Below, piece by piece: positions 1 to 13,229 of a stretch of DNA of 64,000 nt. Below the pieces are notes generated by a model. The model made no database searches. It saw nothing but the letters and a program-made list of their open reading frames with translations, and had not been told where the DNA came from. The DNA comes from Piedraia hortae CBS 480.64 (lineage: Eukaryota), in the NCBI GenBank assembly GCA_010093745.1, contig MU005975.1, positions 1-64,000 of the forward strand, in the 5' to 3' direction. Positions within the stretch are counted from its first letter, which is position 1; every line of letters starts with the position of its first letter. Both the position numbers and the translations under genes were made by a program.

Positions 1-1457
1 TCAGATCCATATGCACTGCATACTACCCCAACCTCCTAGCGTTAGAGTTCAACTTCGTAACGGCAAACGTGCACAGAAGCCATGACTAACAGAAAATTCA
101 CACACAAGCCGAACTCATCCAGTGGCATGTTACAGACAACTGTTTTCCTATACTGCCAACCCCATCTCAGCTTGCAGCGTTTGGACTATATGGACTCTGC
201 CACTGACAGCGAAATGGAAGGCAAGCCGCAGCAAGTCCTTTTTAGTCTTGCCCCAATTTGTTATAACTTACAGTAAGGCTGGTGGCAAGTTGTAGCAAGT
301 CATTAGGAGCCTTGCCGCAACATGTGACGAGTGTTTTAGGGTCTGGTAGCAACTTGTGATCTTCGTTATAGCAAATTACTTCCGGTGTTTTAACATCTTA
401 CGGCAGGGTTTGCAATGCACTCTCCAGGGTATTTTTGTGACTATAGAGCTATTTTTCTACTAATGATGCTCACAGTGCCTGCATAATCCCAGCGCCACGT
501 ATGATACGTACAAGTCCCTAACTGGTGCATGAGCCACCGCAAGGATATAGCCGCCGTTGTCGTCGCCAGCGAGCCAGTCGTACGCTTTTAAATCGTCTTC
601 ATGAAGCGACCGCCTGTCGTGCCAGTAAGTAAGTTATTCAAACGACGGAGCCATAGAATGGCTCCGTCAATACATTGGACTTACCTCTTTGCCTCGGACA
701 GGTTCGCAAACGCAACTTCAGCGTCCGCAAAGAAGGTGCGGTCCCAGCAGAAAAATCCTTTTCTGCTAAGTCAAAACGTTCCGACGTCTGGGATGAAAAA
801 GCAAGGCGATCAACTCCAATTGTTTTGAGGATTTTTCAAGCACAACTCTTGGCGGGATACGGAGACAGGGCTGCCAATTTTGGGGACGGCTTTTGACTTG
901 ACATTCGCCCGGCCTTCCATGCTTAAAATTACGGCGCCAACATTGAGTTAGAGATTGACACTGTCGTCCTATCAAAAGACACTAGATCAGCCCATAGTAT
1001 CCCGTCCCTGACAATAACCCATTCATCCAAGCAAGCCGGGTGTTGAGAAAGTTACTTAGGGGAACTTGAAGGACGATACATCGGCACATTTCGATTGCCC
1101 TGGCGGCTAACATCGCCTACCAGAATGCAAGCGGCTTAGACAGGGCCTCGCTCCCCGAGCGTTCTTAGCTTTCATCGGAGTACGGCTCCCACAAGTCTTT
1201 TACGTAACTCCCACAGGCACCGAACCCATGGTACGGGAACTGCTACTCGCTGGCGCTACTCCACTTCCTACGGCACCCCTGCAAGTGCAATGGCCGCGGA
1301 GGGGCAATGAAAAATGGAAGCTTTGGAACAGCCAGGCCAAGTAGACGAGTACAGGTAGAGCAATCAGGACCAAAACGGCCACAAATAACTGCAGCCCGAA
1401 TGTGGTATCCCTTGGCTACTTCCAAGGATATGATAATAACGAACATCTCTGCGTGGT

Positions 1458-2326
1458 TTGATGGAGTTTAACATTTTCCAGGGAGCACGACGGAATCTTC
1501 AGGAGGCAGAGTGCCTTGGCTTCAAGTTCGCTCTCCGCTTGCATCGTGACGCTCCTTCGGACACGAAGATCCACTCAAGGCAATTCTATCGGTGCTGTGA
1601 AGTCCATGTCAAGCAGACAGTAGGCAAGATTGCCAAGAGTGGTGCGATTGTCCCACCAGAGAAGGCCAAAGAGTTCAAAAACGACGCTTGGTCTCTCCTA
1701 AAGATCGAATCGCAAGACAAACTCGCGAATCTGGTTACCGGCCCAAGAATACTTCTCCATACAGCCATGGCAGTAATGGCATGTGGAGCGAGGCGAGTAT
1801 ATATTCTCTGCGATGGTTGGATACACGGAGATCTGGATCTCGCGGGACACAAACGCGCAGGATTATTGCGCGACGGTAACCAAAGAATTGCCAAAAATTG
1901 CAAGCTGCCCGTTGAGGAGGCCATTTTGACAAAGACTTTGACCTCAGCCGCCACTTCGCTATGGCAAAAGTCTTGCAAACGGAAAGTACATCAACGACGG
2001 GCGGGGGCCTGATACGACAAATAGTTGTTGAAATAGGCAAAGGTCAAACTGCCTCATGAAACTCAATCTCGAGCCTCACGACCAATGACTAGCTTCCAGC
2101 TGCGGAACTTTGGGATTCCTTGGAACATGACGTACGAGAATATTGTTGGGTTGAACATTTATCCCATGGACACTTCTCTGATTTCAATCTTCCTGCTGGC
2201 CAGGCTGACTGGGTTTGCCATGACAGACAAGCATCAAGTCCTATGACAGGTGTACGACCCAGTTCTGTCGATGGAGTATGGCTGTGCAATTCTTGTTTTG
2301 TGTACGCGGATGCTGAACATGCATGA
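1458..2326 (+). pseudogene. Possible decayed transposase-like gene (MULE-like), followed by a degenerate GATA-type zinc-finger fragment
   Basis: The 184-aa ORF contains FYRCCEVHVKQTV, resembling the CxxH motif of MULE-type transposases. The downstream ORF 2120-2326 contains CHDR...GVWLCNSC, a GATA-finger-like pattern lacking the second Cys. Reading frames are broken on both sides. Confidence 0.25.
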
Positions 2327-2594
2327 GTCTGGTCAATTTGACATATGTGGCTCCACGTTTCTTCCCACAGACACCTTACTCACTGGATACGAAGTGTTCA
2401 TCGCTAGCTTAGTCTTTGAGAGAGTTTTCTAGCAATATTTTTACAGCTACTGAACGTCGACAAGAAAGTCATTGAATAACCGCTGGCGTAATGTATCATA
2501 TGGAGAAAAACCTGATGTGTGAACTCCAATGACCGTACAAACTCATGTCAGCTGTTTAAAGAGCTTAAAGTATACCTGATCTCAAGTCCTCCCC

Positions 2595-3155
2595 ATGAAG
2601 TCGGTGAGTTACCAACCTCGTCGCGGAAATATTGCTCAAGGCCTAGCCCGTTTGGTCCACAGCTACGTCCTATCTCCTCGTCGCTTCCGTGAGCGTCGAA
2701 GATCATACTTTCGAGAAGTCAAGCTCGAGGTAATACTTTTCCTGGCTAATTATCCTGTACGCGACGACAGTGCGTTCCTGCCCAATTGTCAGCGGCCAGA
2801 ACTTCTCGATGGGCAAGATTGGCTTGATGAAAACCAACGACCACCAAATTCGAGGGAAGCCGTGGGTGACTTTCATATTTCGTGGCAAACTACACGGCGG
2901 TGGTGGCTGGACAGAGATGCCAAGGGTAGGCGCGCCAATCATTCAAATGCCAATCTAAAACATTACCCGGATATTGAAGCAGGGCTGTACATGCTCCTGA
3001 CGGGCATTCGTGACTCAGGCAAAATAGCGACCAAGAAGGTACTAATCCGCAGGGCTCTGAAGACCCTCTTTATGTTGGAATGCAGGACAAGCGGACTAAA
3101 TGTTGGGCGTCTTGACTTGTCTCATGGAAAATCGGCTTTTTGGAATCGGCGTTGA
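2595..3155 (+). mobile_element. Truncated pogo/Tc5-type DNA transposase, N-terminal CENP-B-like HTH region
   Basis: RRRSYFREVKLEVI...PPNSREAVGDFHISWQTTRRWW...YPDIEAGLY...RDSGK resembles the tandem HTH/CENP-B DNA-binding region of fungal pogo-like transposases. No DDE domain or TIRs were found downstream. Confidence 0.55.
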
Positions 3156-3499
3156 GATACGTAATCGATCGAGCTCTATGTACGTAGGAGGAAGCCGAGA
3201 TTTCACATCAGGGTGGTACCACGGCGGCGGATATTGCTTCGTGTAAAAGTAAAGAGACATCCTAGAATTTCCCTCAGCGTGCCAGAAATTTGTTTAGTGC
3301 AGACCGTCACTAGGTGATAGCGCTCTCCCTACTTTGTACAAAATAAAGTCTTCAGCGTAGAGGGCCTGTATGAGCCACTTGATGTGGATTCTTAGGAGCG
3401 GTTGATTTGACTCCAGGGCAAAAGTTCAACATTGGCCAATTCTCAACATCCCCCACCATCTCCTCCCCCCCCACCTCCGCCGTCCCCACCAGAAGAACC

Positions 3500-4204
3500 T
3501 CAATCTCCCCCATCCCCACCAGCAAACCCTCCACCACCATACGCAGCACTAACATACCCCATACCAAAACCTCCACTCGACGCACCATTCCGGGCGGGCA
3601 CACCCTGCCACTTACAAAAGCAAATACACAACGCCGCCATGAGACTCAAATCTACATTCGGCGCCACCGTTACAGTGTGCGTATCCGGAATGAAACACGG
3701 ATTAATCTCCGCAACAATCGAGCCAGCGTACGTAACATGCGAAAGCGAGCCAGCCCAATTCGTCCGAATATTTAGCTCCACGCGTTTTCCGTCAGAAGCA
3801 TTACGAAACGAAACAGTGCTCTGAATCCCCTCTCGTGTAATCGCTCTAGCGCGCGTGATGTAAAAGTCGTAACCACCGGGTGAAAAGCCGCGGAATTCGT
3901 TCTTGTTGGTCATGAGGACGGTTTCAATGGTGAAGAGTTCTGAACGGTGTGCGTTGAGGAATTTGAGGCGCTGGTGGAGGAGTGATCGGCTGTTTTGTGT
4001 GGTGCAGATTACTTGTCCATCCGGGGTTTGGGCGGTGAAGGTGAGGGGTGCGAGGTTGGTGATGGAGAGGGTTGACTGGGTCGGGCTGTAGATGTTGGGT
4101 TTGTCTGGCTGTGGACCAAGGCGCGGGTGGGCTTGGTCTGGAACGATTGTTTCTGCGTTTGAGAAGTTGGAGGTTGTATCGAAACTTGGCAGTCGCGTGC
4201 CCAT
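3500..4204 (-). CDS. LURP-one-related (LOR / Tubby C-terminal-like) domain protein with a Gly-rich tail
   Basis: Contains SFRNASDGKRVELNIRTNW...IVAEI...TVTVAPNVDLSLMAALCICF, typical of fungal LOR-family proteins. Likely ATG at 4204, although the ORF extends to 4339. Confidence 0.75.
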   Translation of the reverse strand: MGTRLPSFDTTSNFSNAETIVPDQAHPRLGPQPDKPNIYSPTQSTLSITNLAPLTFTAQTPDGQVICTTQNSRSLLHQRLKFLNAHRSELFTIETVLMTNKNEFRGFSPGGYDFYITRARAITREGIQSTVSFRNASDGKRVELNIRTNWAGSLSHVTYAGSIVAEINPCFIPDTHTVTVAPNVDLSLMAALCICFCKWQGVPARNGASSGGFGMGYVSAAYGGGGFAGGDGGD

Positions 4205-4479
4205 GGTGAGGTGTGCTTTGGAGTAGCAAGAGATAAGTTGCGAGTTTGTGATCGAGAGGCTGACAAGGCTGTGACGCTCGTATTCAAATGCTACCGAGAG
4301 ATCTGCCCTCGCGGTTAGCGCAGCGCCAACGGGCTTCATGGGCTATACGTTCCTCTTGCAAACGAAGGGTGATTACAGCAGGAGGAGATTGATGTACCCG
4401 GCTGGATTGGAGATGCTGGCTGGATAGGAAGCAACCATAAAAGTGGTCGAGCTGCCCGGTGTAAAATAACACAAACAAA

Positions 4480-4726
4480 TGTCAGGACTCAGCGCCTACG
4501 TCATGCGGAAGGGCCCGGTCCGCCCACGGCCCGAGCCTATTGGCCTTAATCTGCGGCAGTTACTCAGGCGGCACTGACTTTTCATTTCTCTTCTTCCTGC
4601 GTTGTCCTCTGTCTATACAGGGTCTATGCAGTCCCCTCGTCCACAGCCCATTGCTTTGAGCCCCTCACCTTTGTCTCTCATGGATCCCTCGGCCCCGACC
4701 CTCGTCCTTATCCTCGCGTCGTGACA
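4480..4726 (-). mobile_element. Solo LTR, family A (247 bp), with 5-bp TSD ACAAA
   Basis: Has TGTC...GACA termini and ACAAA at both 4475-4479 and 4727-4731. Its reverse complement aligns over the full length with 15427-15673. Confidence 0.9.
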
Positions 4727-6845
4727 ACAAACAAAGAAACAAACGGGTGGCAGAATTAAGACCTTGTCACATGGCTAGCGTTTTCACCAGGCTGAAGTGG
4801 AAAGCTGAAAGGACGTTCGTTATTAGCGAAGGCTGGGTGTTACGGAACATTAACTACATGAATCGTGTAACTTGATCAGGCGAAGATGTCGCACGGGATA
4901 CTATCACCAATTGAAAGAGTGATAAGCGAAAGACCAATCGGTGAATGTTTTCCGCCTTGCAGAGGATCCCCGAGGCATGAGCTCAGCCAGTGAATGGTTT
5001 CATGAGGTGGTTATAGCTGAATAAATAGCCGTGCACTCTTCCACAGCCTTGTGAGATGCTGCCATGTGCTTCAAAGCGGTCTTGCTGCACTGTTTGCGTA
5101 ATTTAACCAACAGCTAGATCAACGAACACAGTGAAAACTGATACAGCAGCATATCACGCCTGTACAACAGAACAGTCACATGTAGAGGCGCAGATGAGGC
5201 GATACTAAGAAAATGGAGAAGGAAAGATCACCGTAAAAACCGAACAAAATATGGTGCCAGTCCTGAGGAGACCCTGGCCTAGATAGTGATAGCTGGATAC
5301 AAGGAAAAACAAGAAAATGAGCGACAAGGGGCGGTGGGCCCTGCTAGATGCTCAATGAATGCACAGTAGATACGGCCACGTCAGTACTGCTGCAAAATTT
5401 ACACCGCAGTCATGATCAAGATGGCAGTTTTTGGAGCCAATACGTGATAACATAGTGCAGCTACACGCGAGCAGATATCACAAAAAATGCACCATTGGAT
5501 TCATCCCCTGGCGTATCGCGCTGTGTACGCTCTTGAAAGTTCGTTCATGGGTGGATACGACGGCTTTGATGTTTTTGAAGGGGCAGGATTACTAGACATT
5601 TGATCAGATGCCAAACGGCAGAGATAAATAAGACACTAGACAAATTTTTCTCGCCATACCGAACACATGGAGCATGGATTCACTGGGAAACAATAGGGCT
5701 AGTGGAGAGCTTTCTATGTCCCAATTACTTATTAAGACAATTGGTTTACTTCACCTAGCCTTTACATGTTTATCAGTAGACAGTTTTCGTAGATGTCATC
5801 AACTCGTTAATTTGTCAGTCGTTTGTGCTGATGGAATCCAAAATCTTGAATTGAGATTGGCCAGAATTAGCCAAGTGATACTCAGGCGATGGCCATATAG
5901 GGGCTGCGTGGACGTATATATACTTAAGAAATCTTGTCGAATTTACCTCCTTCCTCTCGTGTTCGGATACTCCACGCCGGTCAAAAGCGGCCCTAGGTAC
6001 TGCCCCGTAGCCTCTCGATGGCGGCAATGAATTTGCTATGCCATGACAATCATGTACCAAAGTCTTCGAAGCTAGCATCCCCAGAACCGAAACAATCGTC
6101 CGTATTTTTTGTCTGCCGCCGTTTTCCTGGGCAAGCACAGCGAAATTTTCGCGTCTTTTGACCAGGTCCGAAGTGACCTAAACCGCCTTCTCTCTCGGCT
6201 ATGCCAATTCGTCGTTTACTTTGTTTTCTTAGTCACAGGAAGCAGGGCACCGCGCTAACCTCGCACCGAGCTGGTCGACCGCTCGTTGGAAGGTATAGAA
6301 TGTCTAGTACCGAGGAAATTCGCAAACAAGGCATTTCGAGCTAAACCCTTTCAGGACAGTGAAACGAATTTCCAACAATGGGCGTCGACATCTAGACGGG
6401 ATTCCCGCATATATAGTTGGACGTTGGAAACTGGTAGCCATTTTGAAATTTGCTGGAGTCTGTGTGTGGACGACAGCACATCTGTTTGCGGCATGTTTCC
6501 AACGATGTCTATCTGTAAGTGGTGCTGTCCGCGAGTAGGTATATGCTACAACGCTTGGCAGCAACAAAGATCTCGGCGGGCGAGATCGGCATTCCTGTTT
6601 TTGTAGAGCGCGCGAGCGAGCAATCAGAACGGCGATGTAACACTCCCGACAAACCGATAATGGTCGATTCCTATCGCTTGGTATCAATTATGTGCGCTTC
6701 GGAAACTTTGTACCACCAAAGTCGCTCTTCACGAGGTATGCCAGCAGCAGTCGTAGAAACGCGCTCAAAACTTTCCTAATATTTTCAAGTAACGATACTG
6801 GAAGCCTGGCTCAAATACCCAATCGAGAACTAGAAAATAATTCGG

Positions 6846-8505
6846 TCATACCACTGCAGCCCCAGAACTCTTCTGTCTTGGTTCAGCAGCCGCTTCGAGT
6901 CCATTTTCCAAAAACCTGATACTGTGCTGAGCTGACAATATTGGCGGCACCCAGCGGACCTTATGACCAGTCTGGGCCAGATATTCCACTGTGGAATTGT
7001 TGTAACCGTACTCAAAAACAACTTCTTCTGGAACAAGCTGATCGTGCAAGCGGTGGTCCTTCAATGCCTCAGCAGCAGTCATATTTCTATCAAGCACGTT
7101 CCAAAGTTGCTGGATGGTGGTGGTGATGATACGACTGCCTCCGGCGCCGGCAGTAACGAAATAGGGTTTTCTGTCTGCTGTCTCGACAATGATGGGGCAG
7201 ACGCTACTTAGAGGCCTTTTTCCTGGGCGGATGAAATTCGCGGGCGAGGGAATATATCCAAATGAGTTCGACTTCCCGGGAGTTGAGAAGTCGTCCATTT
7301 GATTGTTCAGAATCACGCCCGTGTCTGGCACAATGACAAGGCTTCCAAAGAAACGATTCAGGGTTGTGGTTAGGGATACGGTCATGCCGGAAGAGTCTGC
7401 CGAGACGAGGCCAGAGGTTCCTGGTTTGTCGGGTGAGTCGTAGCTCTGTGGGTTATAGGCATGTGAGTCCTGCGATTTGGCCCCAATGCGCTTGCAATTG
7501 GTGGCTTTCATCTCATCGGATATCATGTATCGTTCAAGTTTGGGTGTATCAAGAATGTAGTCCGGATCACCTTCAAGTGCACGCAGACCGTACCCAAAGC
7601 GTATAGCCTCGTCCAAACGGTGTGTGCTTTGATTTATAGCGGATGGTGTGCCCATATCGTCAAAATTCTCGATGGCTTCCATTACGTTCAAAGTTACAAC
7701 GCCAGATGATGGTGCTGTACCACCAAAAATTTTGTAACCTCTGTAGTCTATGGTAGCAGGAGAGCGTATCTTGACCGAATAATTGGCCAGATCCTCGGAA
7801 GTGATGATGCCGCCTTCGGATTGTACCGCAGCGATAAGTGAATTGGCTCGGGAACCCGTGTAGAAAGCATCTGTACCATTCTGTGCAACAGCTTCGAGGG
7901 TATCAGCCAGACGTTGCCTTGTCATCGTGTCTCCAGCCTGGAGCAAGATCCCGTTTGGGGCAAAGTCAACAGCCCAGGAAGGATCGTCTAAGAAGATGTT
8001 GTGGCCCACCTGGTCAATCGTGCGATTTATAGCTTGATGAAGTTCAGGTGTGACTGGGAATCCATAGCGAGCTAGGTTTGCAGCGGGGGTAATGAGACGC
8101 CTCCAGGAAAGACGACCGTGGCGTTCATGCAAAGTGGACAAGCCTCGTAGTTCGCCGGGCACAGCAACGGCCAAACCACCTTCCGTAGTGGATTTGGAAC
8201 TGTTTACAAACATGTCCTCAAACGAAGCGGCAGGGGCTGTCTCTCGGAAATCGATAAAGTCATACTTACCGTGGGCATCTCTTACGAGGACAAATCCACC
8301 ACCGCCTATGCCGGAATGGTGCATGCCAATCACTCCAACGCAGAGGGTTGAAGCGACAATGGCATCAGCGGCGTTGCCCCCGTCTTCAATGACAACAGCA
8401 CCTATGTGGCTACAAATTTCGACTTCACAGGCCACGCCCCCATGGTTTTGGCCAACATAGACAGAGTTATTTTCAGCTTGTAGAATCTGTCGGTGGGTAA
8501 AATTC
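6846..8505 (-). CDS. GGT: Gamma-glutamyltranspeptidase (glutathione hydrolase); main exon, with further 5' exons probably up to ~8905
   Basis: Motifs GGNAADAIVAST.CVGV...SGIGGGGF, IDFRETAPAA, VPGELRGL, GTS...VSLTTTLN (catalytic Thr), LNNQMDDFS, PGKRPLSS and GAGGSRI. Intron 8506-8579 (GTAAGT...TAG) joins an in-frame upstream exon. A hydrophobic stretch LLLCFCLLLV near 8700-8730 could be the signal anchor. Confidence 0.95.
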
Positions 8506-9287
8506 CTAACGGCACAGTGATCATGACCATCCCTACATTATGAGCTACTTATCCAGCAGATCGGGGCATGAGGACTTACGGTTCATTGCTGACGGTTAAG
8601 TCAGGTGTTGACAGGTGCGATATGTGCTCAGTTTGGTTGAGCCTATCCTGTTAGCTTCTTCGTAAAACGGTGGAGAAGGGCGAGCTACGGGTATGCAAGA
8701 CAAGCAGCAGACAAAAGCAGAGAAGCAAGTGTCTGACGCATGGTGAGCCGAGTGTGGACTGAAGTGGTGAAACATTATACTTCGAGGCCTGGAGGCCTGA
8801 TGTCAGAGTCATTGACACCTCAATGTTGCATGTTAAATTGGGCCATGTGGCTCTGCCCAAACGACAACTCTTGGACGGGCTTCTTATACTCAGCCGACTC
8901 CGCATCAGATTGTCAACGTCTGGAATCAGAACCAGGGTGTCATTGATTCTTTTCTTCGGTCTATGATTACCTGGGTCCAGATTCCAGATTGTAGCAATCT
9001 GATGCAGAATTGGCTGTGATATGGAAAAGGCGCGATCGGATCAGAAGTGGTAGTTTGGGGGATTCGGAGAGATTCCTCGGTTGAACCTGCGACGCTCAAC
9101 GTCGGGATCAACACAATCCAATCAAGAGGAGATCAGGCGTGTAACCTTTACGTAAGCACCGAATAGAGAATATAGTGGCGTAGTACAGGATGCAGCTCAG
9201 ATGATCAGCAGAAGATGCTCATAAACGGTACTCGTCATTAGAATATACCTTTCTATGCTACTGAGGCTTTTAGCCAAGCAGGCTATC

Positions 9288-9809
9288 CTACAAGGCCGCC
9301 ACCATTCCGCCCATTATCATGGCCAGCCCGGCGCCCATCCATTTCGCTGTCAAAGGGGCGGCCGAATTACTGGTGGAAGCTGCTGCAGCACTGCCTGTGG
9401 TAGATGAGGCGCTGCCCGAGGCTTTGCTACCAGTAGCCGATGCTGAAGAGGCCGATCCTGTGGACGAAGAAGACGCACAGGTTGCGTGTTGGGGCAGGCC
9501 CGTAACACCTTGACCGGCACAGAGCGCATTGGCGAAAGTTGTTGTGCCTGACGCCTGTAAACAAAAGTCCTATCGTCAACGGACGAGTCACTTACGGTTC
9601 TGGTCGGCCGTGTCGCACTGCTTGCTAATGCAGCAAGACAGATCACTCAACAACTTGGTGTTGGAGCAGATGCACTTGACGTCCAGCGAACCGCAGTTCC
9701 CGAAGCCGCCTAGATTCTTGACGCATTGGCCGGCACACGTGGGAAGATCCCCAACGCTGGCTGCAGTAACAGATGAGACGAAGACGGCGAGAATGAGAGA
9801 CAGCTTCAT
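9288..9809 (-). CDS. Secreted, probably GPI-anchored CFEM domain protein (2 exons)
   Basis: Signal peptide MKLSLILAVFVSSVTA, then a CFEM cysteine pattern LPTCAGQCV...CGSLDVKCIC...CISKQC...LC. Intron 9548-9595 restores the frame into a Ser/Ala/Thr-rich stalk and a hydrophobic C-terminus (AGLAMIMGGMVAAL*). Confidence 0.92.
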
Positions 9810-10279
9810 TCTCAAGGGGCAACTACGTAGAGGCAGGAGGACAAGTGCAACGATTTAAGGGACCCAAAGGTTCCCGCGGCTGTTCACAAGATTTGTCACG
9901 TGGCAGCTCTTTGTTTGCCAAAAGCGCTATGCCCCGGTCTTTGCAATGGCGGTGATGGCTTGCCATTGGCTCACATGCCCTAGCCCCGCGGTCGTTGACC
10001 CCAGCGCAGCGAACGTTGCAGTACTCGGATCCAAGTAGTGCCTGTTCACCGAGCTATATCACGCATGCCGCCCAAACAAAAGCCTGTTTGTCGCTGGCGG
10101 TGCAGAGGAGAGATTAACTTGCACTGTCAGAGTTGTGGGCTGCAGACATACACCCGCAGCGACATGTGTGAGATGTGCAGCGCAGCCCCGCGCGGCTGCG
10201 TCCGCCCTACCCTAATCTCACCTCACCTCATCAAACACCGCCATCACCGCCATCACCCACTCTCCCCGCTCCACTAGTA

Positions 10280-10894
10280 ATGGCCGCCGCAATCAAGGCC
10301 CTCAATGCGCGCATTCGCGCTAATCCCGTTCTCGATTACTTTTGCTCAACTCGTGTGTTGCAGCCTCCCGGCCTCGCTCGGACCAGGCTAACTTGGCAGA
10401 TTTCTGGGGTCCGGCCTCAAACTTTGGTATCCCTCTTGCCGCTGTTATGGATACGCAAAAAGATCCCGAGATGTACGTGCGCCGGCTGCTCCGGCTGCTG
10501 GCCGACTGACACCTTGTGCAGCATTTCCGGCCAGATGACGACGGCGCTGATTGGCTACTCAGCAGTCTTCATGCGCTATGCCATGGCTGTAACGCCCAGG
10601 AACTACCTTCTTTTTGGTTGCCATGCTATTAACTTCACTGCGCAGTGCACTCAAATGTATCGATACACCGATTACTGGTACCGTGGGGGCAAAGAGCGTG
10701 CCGGATTGACCGGCGGCAGCATGGATCGTGACGCTGCCGAGGCGGAGAATAAGGCTGCCATTACCGCGCATAAGCTGGAGGGCGTGGCTGCACAAGCATC
10801 CCATCGTGCGGAAGATGCCTTGACTCATGCCAAAGCTCGCGTGGAAGGTGCGGTGGATAAAGCCAAGTCCACGATCGAAAAAGGATCGCGCTAG
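10280..10894 (+). CDS. MPC1: Mitochondrial pyruvate carrier subunit 1 (3 exons)
   Basis: Splicing introns 10353-10399 and 10473-10521 gives [24 protein letters not shown]...[34 protein letters not shown], the MPC family signature. Confidence 0.95.
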   Translation: MAAAIKALNARIRANPVLDYFCSTRVLQPPGLARTRLTWQISGVRPQTLVSLLPLLWIRKKIPRCTCAGCSGCWPTDTLCSISGQMTTALIGYSAVFMRYAMAVTPRNYLLFGCHAINFTAQCTQMYRYTDYWYRGGKERAGLTGGSMDRDAAEAENKAAITAHKLEGVAAQASHRAEDALTHAKARVEGAVDKAKSTIEKGSR

Positions 10895-12127
10895 TCCAAA
10901 CGTATCGTTCAACCCTACGCTTTTACGACGTGTATCATACGTTTGGATTGCAGTATTTTACCAATGTCAGGTTTGTTAAGCGGTCCGATACATTAGCTTT
11001 GCTGTAGCCATGATAGGTATGTTGCCCAAGCTTATCTGTTATCCACTTTCCATTATTGCATCGGTTTTCAAGTTCCACAGAGCTCGAGAATGTGTCCTCC
11101 AAAGAGTTCAGCCAAGCAGCTCTGTGTGATGGGCACCTTTGCACCCACACATCACTACAATACAGGAGTCGAGAGCAAGATGAACACAAACCGATCTATT
11201 GGAATCTCAGAAGTCACAGGTTGTGCAGCCTTCATTGTTTGTTGTTCTATAACAAAAATCGTTGCACAGACCAAACCAAACAAGTCTGGTTTCCCAAGGC
11301 CACCATCACGAGTGAACGTCCCTAAGCTAAGATAATATGGGAGTTGATCAAGGCCTTCGAATATGCTTAGATTGGGCTGACAGAGTGTGCTAATTGACGG
11401 CCTGCTATATACATCTATGAAGTGGCAGCTCAACACGGAGAAGGGGGTATGTATGCCCCTTGATGAAAGGCTGAAGAGATATTAGTTGCATCGTCGGGGA
11501 TAGCCCCCTCGAAGCTTGGCAAGTAATCCCCCGTACAGTGTCCTGACGTGTTCTTTGTCTATAAATACTCTTTCCGCGACCTGGGCAACGAATTGACGGC
11601 TTAGAAGACCTTTGTCTTCGACATCCCTCTCGAATACGACAATATTTCTCGAAAATGTCAGTGTCAAAAACTTGTGACAGTCAGAAACTCCAGGAGTCTA
11701 GAGTCTCGTTACCATGAGCCTGGAATGAATCTTTGTCTCTTTGGTACTTTGTACCATCTATGATGATACCTGTGCTGAAACCAAGCTGGCTCTTCGAGTC
11801 CTTGTCCGGGGCTAAAAGCTCTTCAGCCATTTCCAGGTCTCACTTTCGAACAGCACCAACAATGTCATTTGTCTTGAATATGGCACGTTCTGCCTATCCA
11901 TTGTTATGTCGATTGGCCGAGGACACGGAAAGGCAGACAGCACGTTGATTGGATGGGGAGAAGAAGGGACAACGAATGGAGTGACTGGTTGGAGAAATTA
12001 AAAAGCAGACCCCAAGTCCATAGGCTACAGCAATTTCAGGAGGATCATAGGAACCGAGAGCATTGCCGTCAGCTCTAGTGAGCAGGCTGTCATCGTCAAG
12101 TCTCCTTTCACTCACACCGAAGCTACA

Positions 12128-12667
12128 TTGAAAAACAAGCCAAATGAAGTGAGGGTCATGACAGAACTGCTAAACAAAGAACATCCCATTATCGTCAAAT
12201 TGGTCGAGTACTGGCTTGGCCAGAGCTTGGATGGGACTAATGCATGGTACCTGGTACTCCAGAACTGCAGCCATGGATCACTGGAAAAGACAATCAAAAC
12301 CTGGACAGATGTCAAGACCAACTGTAATCTGGCAGGACCAGATTATTTCGTAGCATATATCATAGGAATGGCCTCGGCATTGGCACTCCTCCAATTGGGT
12401 TTCTGGGACATTGACAACCCAGACTTGGCACCACCAGATTACGCCCCACTTATCCACCAAGACATCAAACCAGGAGATATAATCCCCCACTGGAGCGACA
12501 AGAATCTCTCTGACGTTATCCTCGGAGATCTCGACAGCACCGAAAGAGAAACTGACGCAAAGAGCCCCTATGGAACACACACCTGGAACCCACCCGAAGT
12601 CCGCCGTGCGCGGGAAAATTACAAAAAGAGACCAAAACCCTGGGCGAGAAAATTAGGCATCAACTGA
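12128..12667 (+). pseudogene. Degenerate or partial Ser/Thr protein kinase-like gene
   Basis: HPIIVKLVEY, YLVLQNCSHGSL, IHQDIKPGDI (catalytic-loop Asn replaced by Asp), ILGDLD in place of DFG, and YGTHTWNPPE. No clear in-frame start, and the C-lobe is truncated. Confidence 0.7.
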
Positions 12668-13229
12668 AAGAGGACCAATTCTACCAGCAACAAAAATACG
12701 ACCTCAGGGCACTGCCATATATTTGCACCCGTGCGTCTGATATATAATTTACTGTCTTGGGGCGACGATTATGGCCCTAGCCCTTGCAAAAAGGGCAACT
12801 GTCTCGATGGTGTAAATCTCACGGGCCGTGCCAGAGCCACTTGACTGGATCTGGGACTGATATCCTGACATACTTTCTTCTGGCGATGGTGGCTGGATAG
12901 TCTTGTAATAATTGATGGCTATTTAGCTGTCCATTTTTTTCCAAGTTTTTGGTTGTATGATACCATGGTGCTTATTTTTGCAATATGCGGTCAGTCATTG
13001 CGATATGTAAAGCAATTAGAGTAATGGATATCTGTGAGGATAGCAGTGTGGAATATATCCGAGTCAAAGCGAGTGTCTCGATCAACGATCATAAGTCATA
13101 AGCACTTTGTAGGTCCTATCATATCTATGATACATAGGATCAACGAAAGGTAGGTACCTTAGGATGTTCATTCTGCCAGGACCAAGGGTAACGATGGTTA
13201 TGAGGCCACTTCTTAAGCACCACGTACGT

